A stretch of 64,000 bases of DNA from Candidatus Krumholzibacteriia bacterium (lineage in GTDB: Bacteria > Krumholzibacteriota > Krumholzibacteriia > LZORAL124-64-63): contig JANTFX010000005.1 of the NCBI GenBank assembly GCA_024763215.1, forward strand, positions 4,210 to 68,209, written 5' to 3'. The translations under genes were made by a program, and so were the position numbers. Shown here piece after piece: positions 51,992-61,486 of the stretch. Each line of letters begins with the position of its first letter. Position 1 is the first letter of the stretch. The notes beneath the pieces were generated by a model. It searched no databases. It had not been told where the DNA came from and worked only from the letters and a program-made list of their open reading frames with translations.

Positions 51992-53296
51992 TCAGGCAGT
52001 CGGCGGTATGGGCTCGGGGACGGTCACGGTTTTCAGCGCGGCGTCGATGTCTTTCAGGCCGTTGCCGGTGACCATGACCGCGACCTGATCGTGATCGCCG
52101 ATCAGGCCCTGAGCACGGGCGGACAGCGCGCCGGCCAGGCCCGCGGCGCCGCTGGGCTCGGCGAATACCCCGGCCAGGCGCGCCAGCAGGCCGATGGCCT
52201 CCAGGATGGCTTCATCGGGCACGCTCAGGAAGGCGCCGCCGGTGCGGGCGACGTACTTCCAGGCCTTCACGCGGTTGCGGGGGATGCCCACGCTGATCGA
52301 GTCGGCGAGGGTGTTGGGTTGCACCGGCTCGATGGCCGCGAGGATCTCCCGGCCGCTCATGGCGGCGGGCTCGGCGGTGCATGCGCCCCACGCGGTGGCC
52401 AGGGGCGCGGCGCCCGCGGCCTGCACCCCGATCACCCGCGGCAAGCGGTCGATGACTCCCAGGGTGTGCAACTCCTGTAGCCCCTTGGCCACCGACGAGA
52501 TGATGCACCCGTCGCCCACCGGCACCATGACCACGTCGGGAGCAGCGCCGGCGGTTCCCGGGGCGCCGCCCCAATCACGCACCAGCTCCAGAATTGCTGT
52601 TTTCTTGCCCTCGACCAGCAGGGGGTTGTGGGCGCAGTTGCGGCTGTACCAGCGGTTCGCCGTGATTTGCCCCAGGGAAATCTCGAAGGTCTGGTCGTAG
52701 GTGCCGTCCACGCGCACCAGGTTCGCGCCGTGGATCAGCAGCTGGGCGAGCTTGGCGCGCGGGGCGGCCGCGGGCACGAAGATGCTGCTGCGCAGGCCGG
52801 CGCGGGCGGCCAACACCGCCAGGGAGGCCGCGGCGTTGCCGGTCGAGGCGCAGGCGATGTGATCCAACCCCAGCTGCACGGCGCGCGCGACGGCCACCGC
52901 CGCGGCGCGGTCCTTGAGGCTTCCCGAGGGCAGCCGGGTGTCGTCCTTCAGGACCAGTGTGCGCAGGCCGAGGTGGTCCGCAAGGCGCGGCGCGGCCACC
53001 GGCGGCAGCCCGGCCACGTTCCAGCCGTGATGATCAGCTTCCGGCTGCACCGGCAGCAGGTCGGCGAAGCGCCACAGGCCCGATGCACCGGGGTGGGCGG
53101 ACCACGCCGCTGCTTCGGTCCGCGTCAGCGCCGCCAAGGCCTGCAGGTCGTATTCCGCGTCCAGGATGCCGTCGATGCCGCAGTCCTCGCACACGAAGCC
53201 CTCGTAGTCGGTGCCGTACATGCGGCCGCAGACCACGCAGCGGCAGCCCCGCCAGTGGGGGTTGGTGTGGACGGCGGGAAGGCGTGCGGCGGTCAT
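51992..53296 (-). CDS. ThrC-family (fold-type II) PLP-dependent enzyme with an N-terminal Cys4 zinc ribbon
   Basis: The PLP-lysine motif PSGSLKDRAAA matches the ThrC SFKDRG motif. Gly-rich loop GNAAASLA. N-terminal CRCVVCG...CEDCG. Sits 5 nt downstream of the YgeW-like gene. Confidence 0.65.
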   Translation of the reverse strand: MTAARLPAVHTNPHWRGCRCVVCGRMYGTDYEGFVCEDCGIDGILDAEYDLQALAALTRTEAAAWSAHPGASGLWRFADLLPVQPEADHHGWNVAGLPPVAAPRLADHLGLRTLVLKDDTRLPSGSLKDRAAAVAVARAVQLGLDHIACASTGNAAASLAVLAARAGLRSSIFVPAAAPRAKLAQLLIHGANLVRVDGTYDQTFEISLGQITANRWYSRNCAHNPLLVEGKKTAILELVRDWGGAPGTAGAAPDVVMVPVGDGCIISSVAKGLQELHTLGVIDRLPRVIGVQAAGAAPLATAWGACTAEPAAMSGREILAAIEPVQPNTLADSISVGIPRNRVKAWKYVARTGGAFLSVPDEAILEAIGLLARLAGVFAEPSGAAGLAGALSARAQGLIGDHDQVAVMVTGNGLKDIDAALKTVTVPEPIPPTA

Positions 53297-53301
53297 GGCG
53301 G

Positions 53302-54279
53302 TTACATCGTCAGGGCCATGATGCCCTTGGCCGTGTGCAGGCGGTTCTCGGCCTGGTCCCAGACCACCGACTGGGGGCCGTCGATCACCGCGTCGGTGAC
53401 CTCCTGGCCGCGGGTGGCCGGCAACGGGTGCATGTAGATGGCCTCGGGGGCGGCCAACCCCATGCGCCGCTCGTCGCAGATCCAGTCGGGGTATTTCTCG
53501 ATGTGCTGCACGGCGGCCTCACGGTCGGGCTCGTGCACCAGGCAGCCCCAGCTCTTGGGGTAGACGATGTGGGCGCCCTCGAAGCCCGCATCCATGTCGT
53601 CGGTGACCTCGAACTTCGTCCCGGCGGCCCTGGCGTTGGCCTCGGCCTGGGCCAGGATCTCCGGCTGCAGCTTGAACTCGGGGGGATGGGCCAGGGTCAC
53701 ATCCAGGCCGAAACGGGTCATCAGCAGGATCTCGCTGTGGGGCACGCTGATGGGGCGCACATAGCTGGGCGCGTAGGTCCAGCTCACGGTGATCTTGCGG
53801 CCGCGGACCTCGTTCAGGAACTTCTCGCGGATGGTCATCAGATCGGCCATGGCCTGGAACGGATGGTAGATGTCGCACTGGGCGTTCATGACCGGCACGC
53901 GGCTGATGCCGGCGATCTTGCGCATGAAGGCGTTGCCCACACCCCAGTCGCAGTTGCGGACGCAGATGCCGTGGCCCATGCGGCTGAACACGCGCGCGGT
54001 GTCCTCGGCGGTCTCGCCGTGGCTCAGCTGCAGCTTGCCGGGGGTCAGGTCGTGGGCGTGGCCGCCGAGCTGGGTCATGCCCGCCTCGAAGGAGTTGCGG
54101 GTGCGCGTGCTCTGCTCGTAGAACATCATGAACAGGGTCTTGTCGCGCAGCAGGGCGTGGGGCTCGTCGCGGTAGAACTTGCGCTTGAGATCCCAGCTGG
54201 TCTGCAGGGCGAGTTCCAGCTCGTCGGCGGACCAGTCCTGGGTGGTGATGAAATGACGTCCCTGCAGGGGTTTGCTCAT
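53302..54279 (-). CDS. YgeW-like knotted carbamoyltransferase (OTC/ATC superfamily)
   Basis: STRTR motif, HPFQ (HPxQ) and HPLP (HCLP-like). Long stretches are alignable to the E. coli YgeW sequence as I recall it, for example LSHGETAEDTARVFS..., NAQCDIYHPFQAMADL and SWTYAPSYVRPISVPHSEILLMTRFGLDVTLAHP. Start ATG at 54279. Confidence 0.7.
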   Translation of the reverse strand: MSKPLQGRHFITTQDWSADELELALQTSWDLKRKFYRDEPHALLRDKTLFMMFYEQSTRTRNSFEAGMTQLGGHAHDLTPGKLQLSHGETAEDTARVFSRMGHGICVRNCDWGVGNAFMRKIAGISRVPVMNAQCDIYHPFQAMADLMTIREKFLNEVRGRKITVSWTYAPSYVRPISVPHSEILLMTRFGLDVTLAHPPEFKLQPEILAQAEANARAAGTKFEVTDDMDAGFEGAHIVYPKSWGCLVHEPDREAAVQHIEKYPDWICDERRMGLAAPEAIYMHPLPATRGQEVTDAVIDGPQSVVWDQAENRLHTAKGIMALTM

Positions 54280-54424
54280 GGCGGGGCCTCTTTCTCGCGG
54301 AAGGTTTCCGGTGCCGGTTTTGTACCCTGCAATGGTAACCCCTACGCATGGCGCGGTCCAAGCCCGAACCTGAAAAAGCCGCCCGCGCGGTGGCGGGCGG
54401 CACGGAAACAGCAAAAGCCGGTTG

Positions 54425-55051
54425 TTATCTGAAGGTCGCCTTCAACGCGCCCCAGCCGGTGGCCTCGTCCGCCACGCTGCCGCAGTTGTCGTGGTGGCTG
54501 CCGAGGTAGGTGAAGGTGTCCACCGCCTCGAAGGACCATTCCAGGCACGGGTCGAACGCGTCGTCGATCACCGCGTCGCCGCTGCAGATGCTGGGCAGGC
54601 GGATCAGGGTGTGGTTCTGGGTCGTGCCGTCGTTGCAACCCCAGTAGCTGCCCGGATCCTCGCCGACCCGGCCGATGCTGTCGACGGGCTGGCCGGCGTA
54701 GCTGAGGACCAGGGCGTCGTTGCCGCTGAACGCCAGCTCCGCGTCGGCCAAGTCGGCCAGCGCCAGCAGGGTCGATCCGGCCAGGGAGTTGACCACGACG
54801 AACACGCCGCCCGAAGGCAGGCTGACCGCCGGCAAGGCGACCGAACCCGCCGCGCCCGCGGCGCCGTTGGGGTAGCGGTCGATGGCGTAACCGGAAAGGT
54901 TCACCGCGTCGGCGGTGCCGTTGTAGATCTCGATGGCCTGGTTGTCAGCGGATCCTTCCACGTATTCGGAGATCAGCAGATCCGAGACCTGGGCCATGGC
55001 CGAGCCGGCCAACAGCAGGAGCAGGCCGAGCATCGTTAACGATTTCATCAT
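54425..55051 (-). CDS. secreted lamin-tail-domain (LTD) protein
   Basis: AGGAGT ribosome-binding site and signal peptide MMKSLTMLGLLLLLAGSAMA. LISEYVEGSADNQAIEIYNGT is the LTD hallmark. Confidence 0.6.
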   Translation of the reverse strand: MMKSLTMLGLLLLLAGSAMAQVSDLLISEYVEGSADNQAIEIYNGTADAVNLSGYAIDRYPNGAAGAAGSVALPAVSLPSGGVFVVVNSLAGSTLLALADLADAELAFSGNDALVLSYAGQPVDSIGRVGEDPGSYWGCNDGTTQNHTLIRLPSICSGDAVIDDAFDPCLEWSFEAVDTFTYLGSHHDNCGSVADEATGWGALKATFR

Positions 55052-55192
55052 AGAACTCCTGATTCGGTTGGGGTCAAACCGTACCCTCGGCAGGGCAAGC
55101 CCTGCCCATGACCAGGAATCCGTCACAGATTCATCCTGGGCGATGGTGAGATTATATCAAAACAATGGCATAAATGTCAAACTTATTCGCGC

Positions 55193-56401
55193 TTACCCTG
55201 GCCCGGCCGCGGCCCAGCGGGCCGGCAGGGCCGCGTAGACGGCGCACGCCTCGATGACATGGGAGGCCGGGCAGTGCTCGTTGGCGCGGTGGGCCTGTTG
55301 CTCGGGTCCCGGGCCCAGTCCGATGCACGGCACCTGGTGCAGGCCCATGATGGCCACGCCGTTGGTGCTGAAGTTCCAGCGCGAGATCTCGGGCTCGCGG
55401 CCCAGGGCCGAGGTGTAGGCCTGGCGCGCGGCATCCAGCACCGGGTGATCTTCGTCCAGCACCCAGGTGGGGAAGTACTTGTCCATGGGGTAGACGAGCC
55501 CCGTCCAGCCCGGTTCGCGGTAGGTCAGGGTGAAGACCTCGGCCTCGACCCCGGCCGCGGACAGGGCGGCTTCGACCTCGGCCAGGGCCGACTCGCGGGT
55601 CTCGCCCCGGGTCAGGCGGCGGTCGATGTGGAACTCGGCCTGGTCGGGCACGGCGCACAGGCTGGGGGTGTTGCAGCCGATCCAGCTCACCGCGCACGTC
55701 CCCTTGCCCAGGAAGGGGTCGTCGGCGAGCTGCTCGTTGAGCTGTTCTATGGCCGTGATCGCCGGGGCGATCTTGTACACCGCGTTGTCCCCGAGGTGGG
55801 GCATGGCGCCGTGGCAGCTGCGGCCGCGCGTGCGCACGCGGATCTCCATGCGGCCGCGGTGGCCGCGGTTCAGGCGCATGTTGGTCGGTTCGGTGGATAC
55901 CACGAACTCTGGCGCCAGCTCCTTCTCCTGCAGGATGTAGTGCCAGCACAGGCCGTCGCAGTCCTCTTCCATGACCGAGCCCACCATCCACACCTGGACG
56001 CCATCGAGCAGGCCCTGCTCCTTCATGATCGCTCCGGCGTGTACCATGGCTGCCATGCCGGCCTTCTGGTCCACCGCGCCCCGGCCGTAGACAAGGCCCT
56101 CTTCCAGCTTGCCTTCGAAGGGATCGCACTCCCACTGGTCCCTGTCCTGCACGTCCACGGTGTCGATGTGGGCGTCGAAGGCCACCACGCGCGGCCCGTC
56201 CCCGATGCGCCCAAGGATGTTGCCGAGGGGGTCGATGCGGACCTCGTCGAACCCGACATCGCGCATCTCCTGCTCGATGCGCCGGATGACGGGCTCTTCC
56301 TGCCCGCTGAGGCTGGGGATGGCCACGATGTCGCGCAGAAAGCCGATGATGCGGTCGCCGCGCGCCTGGGCGGCGACCATGGTGTTGCCGGGCTTGGTCA
56401 T
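55193..56401 (-). CDS. M20-family metallopeptidase / deacylase, YgeY-like
   Basis: AIPSLSGQEEP, HIDTVDV and GAVDQKAGMAAM are M20 metal-ligand regions. GGAG ribosome-binding site. The start at 56401 overlaps the SsnA-like stop (ATGA). Confidence 0.75.
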   Translation of the reverse strand: MTKPGNTMVAAQARGDRIIGFLRDIVAIPSLSGQEEPVIRRIEQEMRDVGFDEVRIDPLGNILGRIGDGPRVVAFDAHIDTVDVQDRDQWECDPFEGKLEEGLVYGRGAVDQKAGMAAMVHAGAIMKEQGLLDGVQVWMVGSVMEEDCDGLCWHYILQEKELAPEFVVSTEPTNMRLNRGHRGRMEIRVRTRGRSCHGAMPHLGDNAVYKIAPAITAIEQLNEQLADDPFLGKGTCAVSWIGCNTPSLCAVPDQAEFHIDRRLTRGETRESALAEVEAALSAAGVEAEVFTLTYREPGWTGLVYPMDKYFPTWVLDEDHPVLDAARQAYTSALGREPEISRWNFSTNGVAIMGLHQVPCIGLGPGPEQQAHRANEHCPASHVIEACAVYAALPARWAAAGPG

Positions 56402-57777
56402 TTCCTCATCTCCATCATTTTCCAGATCCTGGCGGCGGTGTCCTGCAGGAAGGCCGCGTCCGCCGGGGGGGCGTCGCCGCGGGTGTAGATGCGCTTGCCG
56501 CCCACGTACACCGAGGCGATGTCCCAGGGGTGGAAGCAGAACAGCAGGTGGCTGAGCCAGTTGTCGCCGGCCAGGGGTGTCTTGCGGAAGGTGTCCAGGA
56601 CGATGAAATCGGCCGGCGCGCCCGCATCCAGGCTGCCGAACGGCTCGCCGAAGACCTCGCGGGCCAGGCGGTAGTTGCCCAGCCAGAAGCGGGCGGCGCC
56701 CTGGTGGCCCAAGGGCCCGCGGCCGCCCTCGTTGCCGCGGAAATAGGTGGCCCGCAGCTCGCCCCACAGGTTGTCGTCCAGGCCGTCGGTGCCCAGGGCG
56801 CAGCGGGACGGGAAGCGGTCCACCGGCGCGCGGCCCACCCCGTTGTTCATGTTGGACCGCCCGCAGTGCACCAGCCAGCAGCGGTGATCCTCCAGCGACT
56901 GCATGTCCAGGGGGGACAGGTCCACGCCGTGGACGAAGAGGCTGCCCGGATGCAGCAGCCCGTTCTCCTCGAGCCGTTCGAGGGGATCCTTCCAGCCGCG
57001 CTCCCGGCTGACTTCCCGGTCGGTGGGGCCCTCGGCCAGGTGGATGTGCAGGCCGGTGTCGTAGCGGCTGCAGATATCCCCCAGCAGCTTCAGGGTCTTG
57101 TCCTCGAGGGTGAAGCTGGCGTGGGCGCCCACCAGGCCGCGGAAGCGGGGGACGCCGCCGGGGCGCTGCTCGGCGAGCTTCATCAGGTAGCGCTCGTTCT
57201 CCTCCAGGGTCATGTCGCGCTGGCCCTTGCCGCCCCGGTCGGTGGCCTCGTAACAGAGGCAGCCGCGCAGGCCGATCTCGCCGAGGCCCTGCTCGATGCG
57301 GTCCAGGGAGCCGCCGACGGCGGCCAGGCTGGCGTGGTGGTCGAAGATCATGGTGGTGCCGCAACGCACCGCGTCCCAACCGCCGGCCAGGGCGCTCAGG
57401 TACACGGCCTCGTTGTCCAGGGAGCGGTCCAGGGGCCACCAGACCTCGGTCAGGATGTCGGTGAACGTTTCCAGGGGGGCGGTGGGCTGGGGCATGCCCG
57501 CGGCGAGGGTGGCGTACAGGTGCCCGTGGGCGTTGATATTCCCCGGCAACAGCGTCACCCCGGACAGGTCGACGACCTCCTCACCCGCCTGCGGCTGCAG
57601 ATCCTCGCCACGCTCGACGACGCGCTCTCCCTTGATGCGCAGATCCCCGCGGACGACGCGGGGGTCCGGTTCGGCATCCATGGCCACGGGGAAGTAGTCC
57701 AGGATGATCCCGTTCTTCAGGAGCAGGGAATGTTCCTGCGCCGAGGGGGGGCTTCCCGCCGATTCCTTGTCGCTCAC
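56398..57777 (-). CDS. SsnA-like amidohydrolase (chlorohydrolase/aminohydrolase superfamily)
   Basis: Metal-binding HxH (NAHGH) and downstream HLAE and DHH motifs. LLLKNGIIL is the typical SsnA N-terminus. GTG at 57777 is preceded by GGAGG at the canonical spacing. Confidence 0.7.
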   Translation of the reverse strand: MSDKESAGSPPSAQEHSLLLKNGIILDYFPVAMDAEPDPRVVRGDLRIKGERVVERGEDLQPQAGEEVVDLSGVTLLPGNINAHGHLYATLAAGMPQPTAPLETFTDILTEVWWPLDRSLDNEAVYLSALAGGWDAVRCGTTMIFDHHASLAAVGGSLDRIEQGLGEIGLRGCLCYEATDRGGKGQRDMTLEENERYLMKLAEQRPGGVPRFRGLVGAHASFTLEDKTLKLLGDICSRYDTGLHIHLAEGPTDREVSRERGWKDPLERLEENGLLHPGSLFVHGVDLSPLDMQSLEDHRCWLVHCGRSNMNNGVGRAPVDRFPSRCALGTDGLDDNLWGELRATYFRGNEGGRGPLGHQGAARFWLGNYRLAREVFGEPFGSLDAGAPADFIVLDTFRKTPLAGDNWLSHLLFCFHPWDIASVYVGGKRIYTRGDAPPADAAFLQDTAARIWKMMEMRK

Positions 57778-57959
57778 GATATTTTCCTCCTGCCCGCTTC
57801 CAGGCGGCCACATCCACCGGCGACCAGGGCCGATGGTCGTCGAAAACTTAACACATGAAACCGGGTGAGGGAAATCCCCAGAACATCCCCGGAACATCCG
57901 CCGACCCGGGGTGGGGCAGGCCCCCGCACGGGGCGGGGGCCCGGCTGGATGGGCAGGTG

Positions 57960-59003
57960 CTACTTGTCGCTCGGCAGAAGGTCGTCGACCTGCTTGAAGA
58001 TGTTCTTGGTGGTGTAATCGGTCACCACCCAGAGGGTGTCCTGGCCCCGGACGCGCATCCAGGTGCCGGCCGGGTGATCGCCCTCGGCCTCGCGCTTGTC
58101 ACCAAACTCCAGCACGACCTCGCTGCCGTCCTGCTTGACGAGGGTGGCGGTGCGGGACGGCTTGTCCAGGCCGATGGCGGCCAGGTCCTGCCCGGGATCG
58201 CCCACGTCGGTGGCGCGGATGCTCACCAGGGTGCCCATCACGCCGTCGGCCTTGGTCTTGGCCAGGGCCTCCTTGCGGGGCTTGATGAGCTTCCACTCCC
58301 AGACCGAACGGTCCGGCTTGGGCTCGGCGCCGGTGGTATCGGACGAGTCCACCTCGGTCACGGTGAATTCCTTCTGCATCTCCAGGACGTGCTTGCCGTC
58401 CTTGAGGATAATGCGGTCGATGGCCAACCGGTCCTCCTTGACCGCCTGCAGGTCCAGGAACTGCTTGTTCTTGGGCGCGCTGATATCGCCGTAGATGCCC
58501 AGGGGCGACAGCAGGCTCACGGTGCTCAGATAGACCGCGTGGCTGCCGTCCAGACGGACGAAGTTGCCCGGCTGGCCCTGGGACCGGTTGCCGACTTCCA
58601 GGGCGATGACCGGCTTGCCGTCCTTGTAGCAACGGATGTGCACCGCGGTCGTATCGGCCAGGCCGTAATCAGCCACGACGTCGGCCTTGTCCGAGCGGAA
58701 CTCCCCGCTCAGGTTGCTGACGGCCTTGAGCAGGCCGTCGATGCGGTTGGCGGCCGCCTTGACGTTCCAGGCCGTGGCGACCTTCCAGCCGTCCGGATCC
58801 CGGACCAGGTCCACGGTCACGTCCTGGGCGCCCTGGCCGAGGGTGATGCGGTCCAGGTCGTCGGCGGCGTACTCGGTCGGGATCAGGGTCTCGGTGGCCG
58901 CGCGGTTGGTCTCCTTGTGATGGCTGGCGCGCTGCAGCAGGCTGATGCCGCCGAGCACCACCAGCACCACCACCAGGATGATGAGATTGCGGGTGTTGTT
59001 CAT
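57960..59003 (-). CDS. DUF4340-domain protein, the terminal gene of the GldG-type ABC operon
   Basis: N-terminal transmembrane anchor LIILVVVLVVLGGISLL followed by a soluble domain. The gene order ABC ATPase, ABC-2 permease, GldG, DUF4340 is the canonical arrangement. Confidence 0.6.
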   Translation of the reverse strand: MNNTRNLIILVVVLVVLGGISLLQRASHHKETNRAATETLIPTEYAADDLDRITLGQGAQDVTVDLVRDPDGWKVATAWNVKAAANRIDGLLKAVSNLSGEFRSDKADVVADYGLADTTAVHIRCYKDGKPVIALEVGNRSQGQPGNFVRLDGSHAVYLSTVSLLSPLGIYGDISAPKNKQFLDLQAVKEDRLAIDRIILKDGKHVLEMQKEFTVTEVDSSDTTGAEPKPDRSVWEWKLIKPRKEALAKTKADGVMGTLVSIRATDVGDPGQDLAAIGLDKPSRTATLVKQDGSEVVLEFGDKREAEGDHPAGTWMRVRGQDTLWVVTDYTTKNIFKQVDDLLPSDK

Positions 59004-59025
59004 GTCGTATCCTCCTCCCGTGTCC

Positions 59026-60759
59026 TCAACCGTGGTGGTGCAGGTTCGCGGCGTAACGGGCGGCGTCCTTGCGCCGCATGCCGGCGCGCATGATGCCGTA
59101 GATGGCCAGGATGACCGGCACCAGCAGGACCACGAACAGCCGCCAGATCATCTTCTGCGCGGCCTGGACCGGGCGGATCACCCGCTGGGTCAGGCTCTTG
59201 GCGCGGATGTTCAGCAGGTCGTGGGAGCCGGCCACGAAGTCCACGGCGTTGCGCATCAGGTCGCTGTTCTGGGGGGCGTCCAGGATGTTGTCGTCGAACA
59301 TCTTGGCGCTGCCTATGACCAGCAGGGTCGACGGTTCGGGCTGGACCTCGGGCTCCGGTGCGGCCGCGGCCGCGGTGGTGTCGCCGTCGGCCGGCCACTC
59401 GGGGACGCCCTGATCGGCGAAGGCGTCGGGGAAGACGCCCTCGGCCTTGACCATCAGCGGCTGGGGGCCGAGCATCTTCTTGCCGTGCGGGTCCATGGCG
59501 CTGCCCGGAAGCGGCGCGGTGTCGAATTTCATGGCCCAGCAGTCGGGGCTGCTGACGATGAGGTTCGTCGCGCTCAGGCCGTTCTTGGACAGGACATCCG
59601 GATCGGGCTGGACGGGGGTGCCCCACAGGTAGAACAGCTGGCTGATGTGGTTGACCAGCGGGGAGTCCTTGAGCATCTGGTTCTCGGTCACGCGGATCTG
59701 GATGGGCAGCTTCACCGGCTCACGGGTCTGCATGCGCAGGCCCCCGATGTTGACCTCGCGCGGCAGGTCGATGGTCTCCATGGAGCTGTCGAAGAAGTGG
59801 TCCTGGGAAACCCCCAGGCCGCACTTGTCCAGCATGGGCTCCAGCCCCGTATCCAGGTCGCTGCCGGAGATGGTCCAGCCGCCGCTGCGTCCGGGGGCGT
59901 AGTTGTACTCGTGGGCCTGCACGCCCATGATCACCGGCACCCCGCTACGCAACAGGCGGTTGATCTCGTAGACCTGCCGCTCGTTGAACTTGGTCAGGGC
60001 CATGACCACGAGGCAGTCCAGGTCGTCGGGCACGGGTTCGCTCTTGGTGAAAGTGACCGGCACCACCTCGTAGTGGGCCTGCCGGATCATGTCGGCCAGC
60101 TTGGTGTACTGGTCCTGGGGCTCGGGCGGCTGCATGCCCTGCTGCAGGTACATCATGGCCAGCTGCCGGTCCACGTCCTTCTTCGGGGCGAAGATCCCGA
60201 TCCGGGGGGTCTTCTCGCGGGTCAGCCGGTAGATGGGGTCGATGACATCCTGTTCGAGGGACGCCAGATCCTGGGGCAGGATCCGCGGCAGCACCTCCTC
60301 GGGCTTGTCCTTGTAGGCGATGGTCATGGCGCTCCAGATCACCTTGATGCCCATCTCGTCCTTGTCGATGGACTGGACCTGGAACGGCTGGATGTTCTTG
60401 GCCGCCAGGTTCTTCTGCATGTCCGGGTCGTCCTGGGGGTTGTGGACCGAGAACTGCAGCATGCCGTGGCTGACCTGGGAGAAGTTGCGCATCTGCTCGG
60501 TGATGTCCCGCTCGAGGTTGCGCAGCTGGGTGGGCATCTTCTCGGAGGGAGTGATGTAGAGCTTGACCTGGACGGGCACCTTGAGGCCCTCGAGGATCTT
60601 CACCGCCGAGGGCGACAAGGTGAAGAGCTGGTCGCTGGTCATGTCCACGCGGGCCCCCTGCATGTTGCCCAGCACCGAGATCAGGAAAAATACGATACCG
60701 GCCAGCAACACCGTAGCGATGCTGAAGGTCAGACGGAAGTTGCGTCGTTTGCTGCTCAT
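59026..60759 (-). CDS. GldG-like ABC-transporter-associated protein
   Basis: N- and C-terminal transmembrane helices flank a large periplasmic domain. Its size and its position after the ABC-2 permease match GldG. Confidence 0.65.
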   Translation of the reverse strand: MSSKRRNFRLTFSIATVLLAGIVFFLISVLGNMQGARVDMTSDQLFTLSPSAVKILEGLKVPVQVKLYITPSEKMPTQLRNLERDITEQMRNFSQVSHGMLQFSVHNPQDDPDMQKNLAAKNIQPFQVQSIDKDEMGIKVIWSAMTIAYKDKPEEVLPRILPQDLASLEQDVIDPIYRLTREKTPRIGIFAPKKDVDRQLAMMYLQQGMQPPEPQDQYTKLADMIRQAHYEVVPVTFTKSEPVPDDLDCLVVMALTKFNERQVYEINRLLRSGVPVIMGVQAHEYNYAPGRSGGWTISGSDLDTGLEPMLDKCGLGVSQDHFFDSSMETIDLPREVNIGGLRMQTREPVKLPIQIRVTENQMLKDSPLVNHISQLFYLWGTPVQPDPDVLSKNGLSATNLIVSSPDCWAMKFDTAPLPGSAMDPHGKKMLGPQPLMVKAEGVFPDAFADQGVPEWPADGDTTAAAAAPEPEVQPEPSTLLVIGSAKMFDDNILDAPQNSDLMRNAVDFVAGSHDLLNIRAKSLTQRVIRPVQAAQKMIWRLFVVLLVPVILAIYGIMRAGMRRKDAARYAANLHHHG

Positions 60760-60760
60760 G

Positions 60761-61486
60761 CTAGTACTTCCTCCCTTCCAGCCAGAGGGTGTTGAGGGTC
60801 AGGAACAGGCCGGTCAGGCCCAGGAAATAGGCCAGATCCCCCAGGGAGATCACGCCCTTGAGCATGGTGTCGTAGTGGCCCGACAGGCCCACGTAGTTCT
60901 GCAGGAAGGAACCCAGCCCCGGCAGCCAGCCGTCGATGGTGGCGGCCACCCCGCCCACGCCCAGGATGAAGACCAGGAAGCAGGCCATGATCCCCAGGAT
61001 CACCGCGGAGATCTGGTCGCGGGTCAGCCCGCTGGTGAAGGTGCCGATGCCCAGGTACAGCCCGCCGAGCAGGACGCTGCCGATGTAGCCGCTCCAGATG
61101 GCGCCCATGTCGGGGTTGCCGAGCGCGGCCACCATGACCACCAGGGGCAGGGTGCCGGCCAGGGCGATGAGGTAGAAGGTCAAGGCCGCCAGGTACTTGC
61201 CCAGCATGACGTCGCGGGCCTTCATGGGCAGGGTCATCAGCAGCTCGAAGGTGCCGGTGCGCTTGTCCTCGGCCCACAGCCGCATGCTCACGGCCGGGAT
61301 GAAGAAGATCAGGAAGAAGGGCAGGTTCCCGAAGAAGGCCCGTAGGTCTGCCGTCTCGTTCAGGAAGAAGCCCGTCATGAACAGCCCGCTGTTGAGCACC
61401 AGGAAGGCGATGATGAAGATGTAGGCGATGGGGCTGTTGAAGTAGGCTGAGAACTCGCGCTTGAAGACCGTCATGATGTTCCGCAT
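60761..61486 (-). CDS. ABC-2-family transporter permease (GldF-like)
   Basis: Six predicted transmembrane segments. Typical ABC-2 composition. Confidence 0.75.
   Translation of the reverse strand: MRNIMTVFKREFSAYFNSPIAYIFIIAFLVLNSGLFMTGFFLNETADLRAFFGNLPFFLIFFIPAVSMRLWAEDKRTGTFELLMTLPMKARDVMLGKYLAALTFYLIALAGTLPLVVMVAALGNPDMGAIWSGYIGSVLLGGLYLGIGTFTSGLTRDQISAVILGIMACFLVFILGVGGVAATIDGWLPGLGSFLQNYVGLSGHYDTMLKGVISLGDLAYFLGLTGLFLTLNTLWLEGRKY

Noticed and set aside
55052-55192. Hairpin ggcagggcaagccctgcc downstream of the M20 peptidase gene as a terminator
   Set aside because: The stem is present but the loop is only 2-4 nt and there is no U-tract on the transcribed strand. It is left uncalled.
55193-57439. 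748-aa ORF spanning the M20 peptidase and upstream DNA
   Set aside because: Only the C-terminal 402 aa (from MTKPGNTM, with a GGAG ribosome-binding site) look like a real protein. The upstream part is the out-of-frame shadow of the SsnA-like gene, which has its own clear motifs in another frame.
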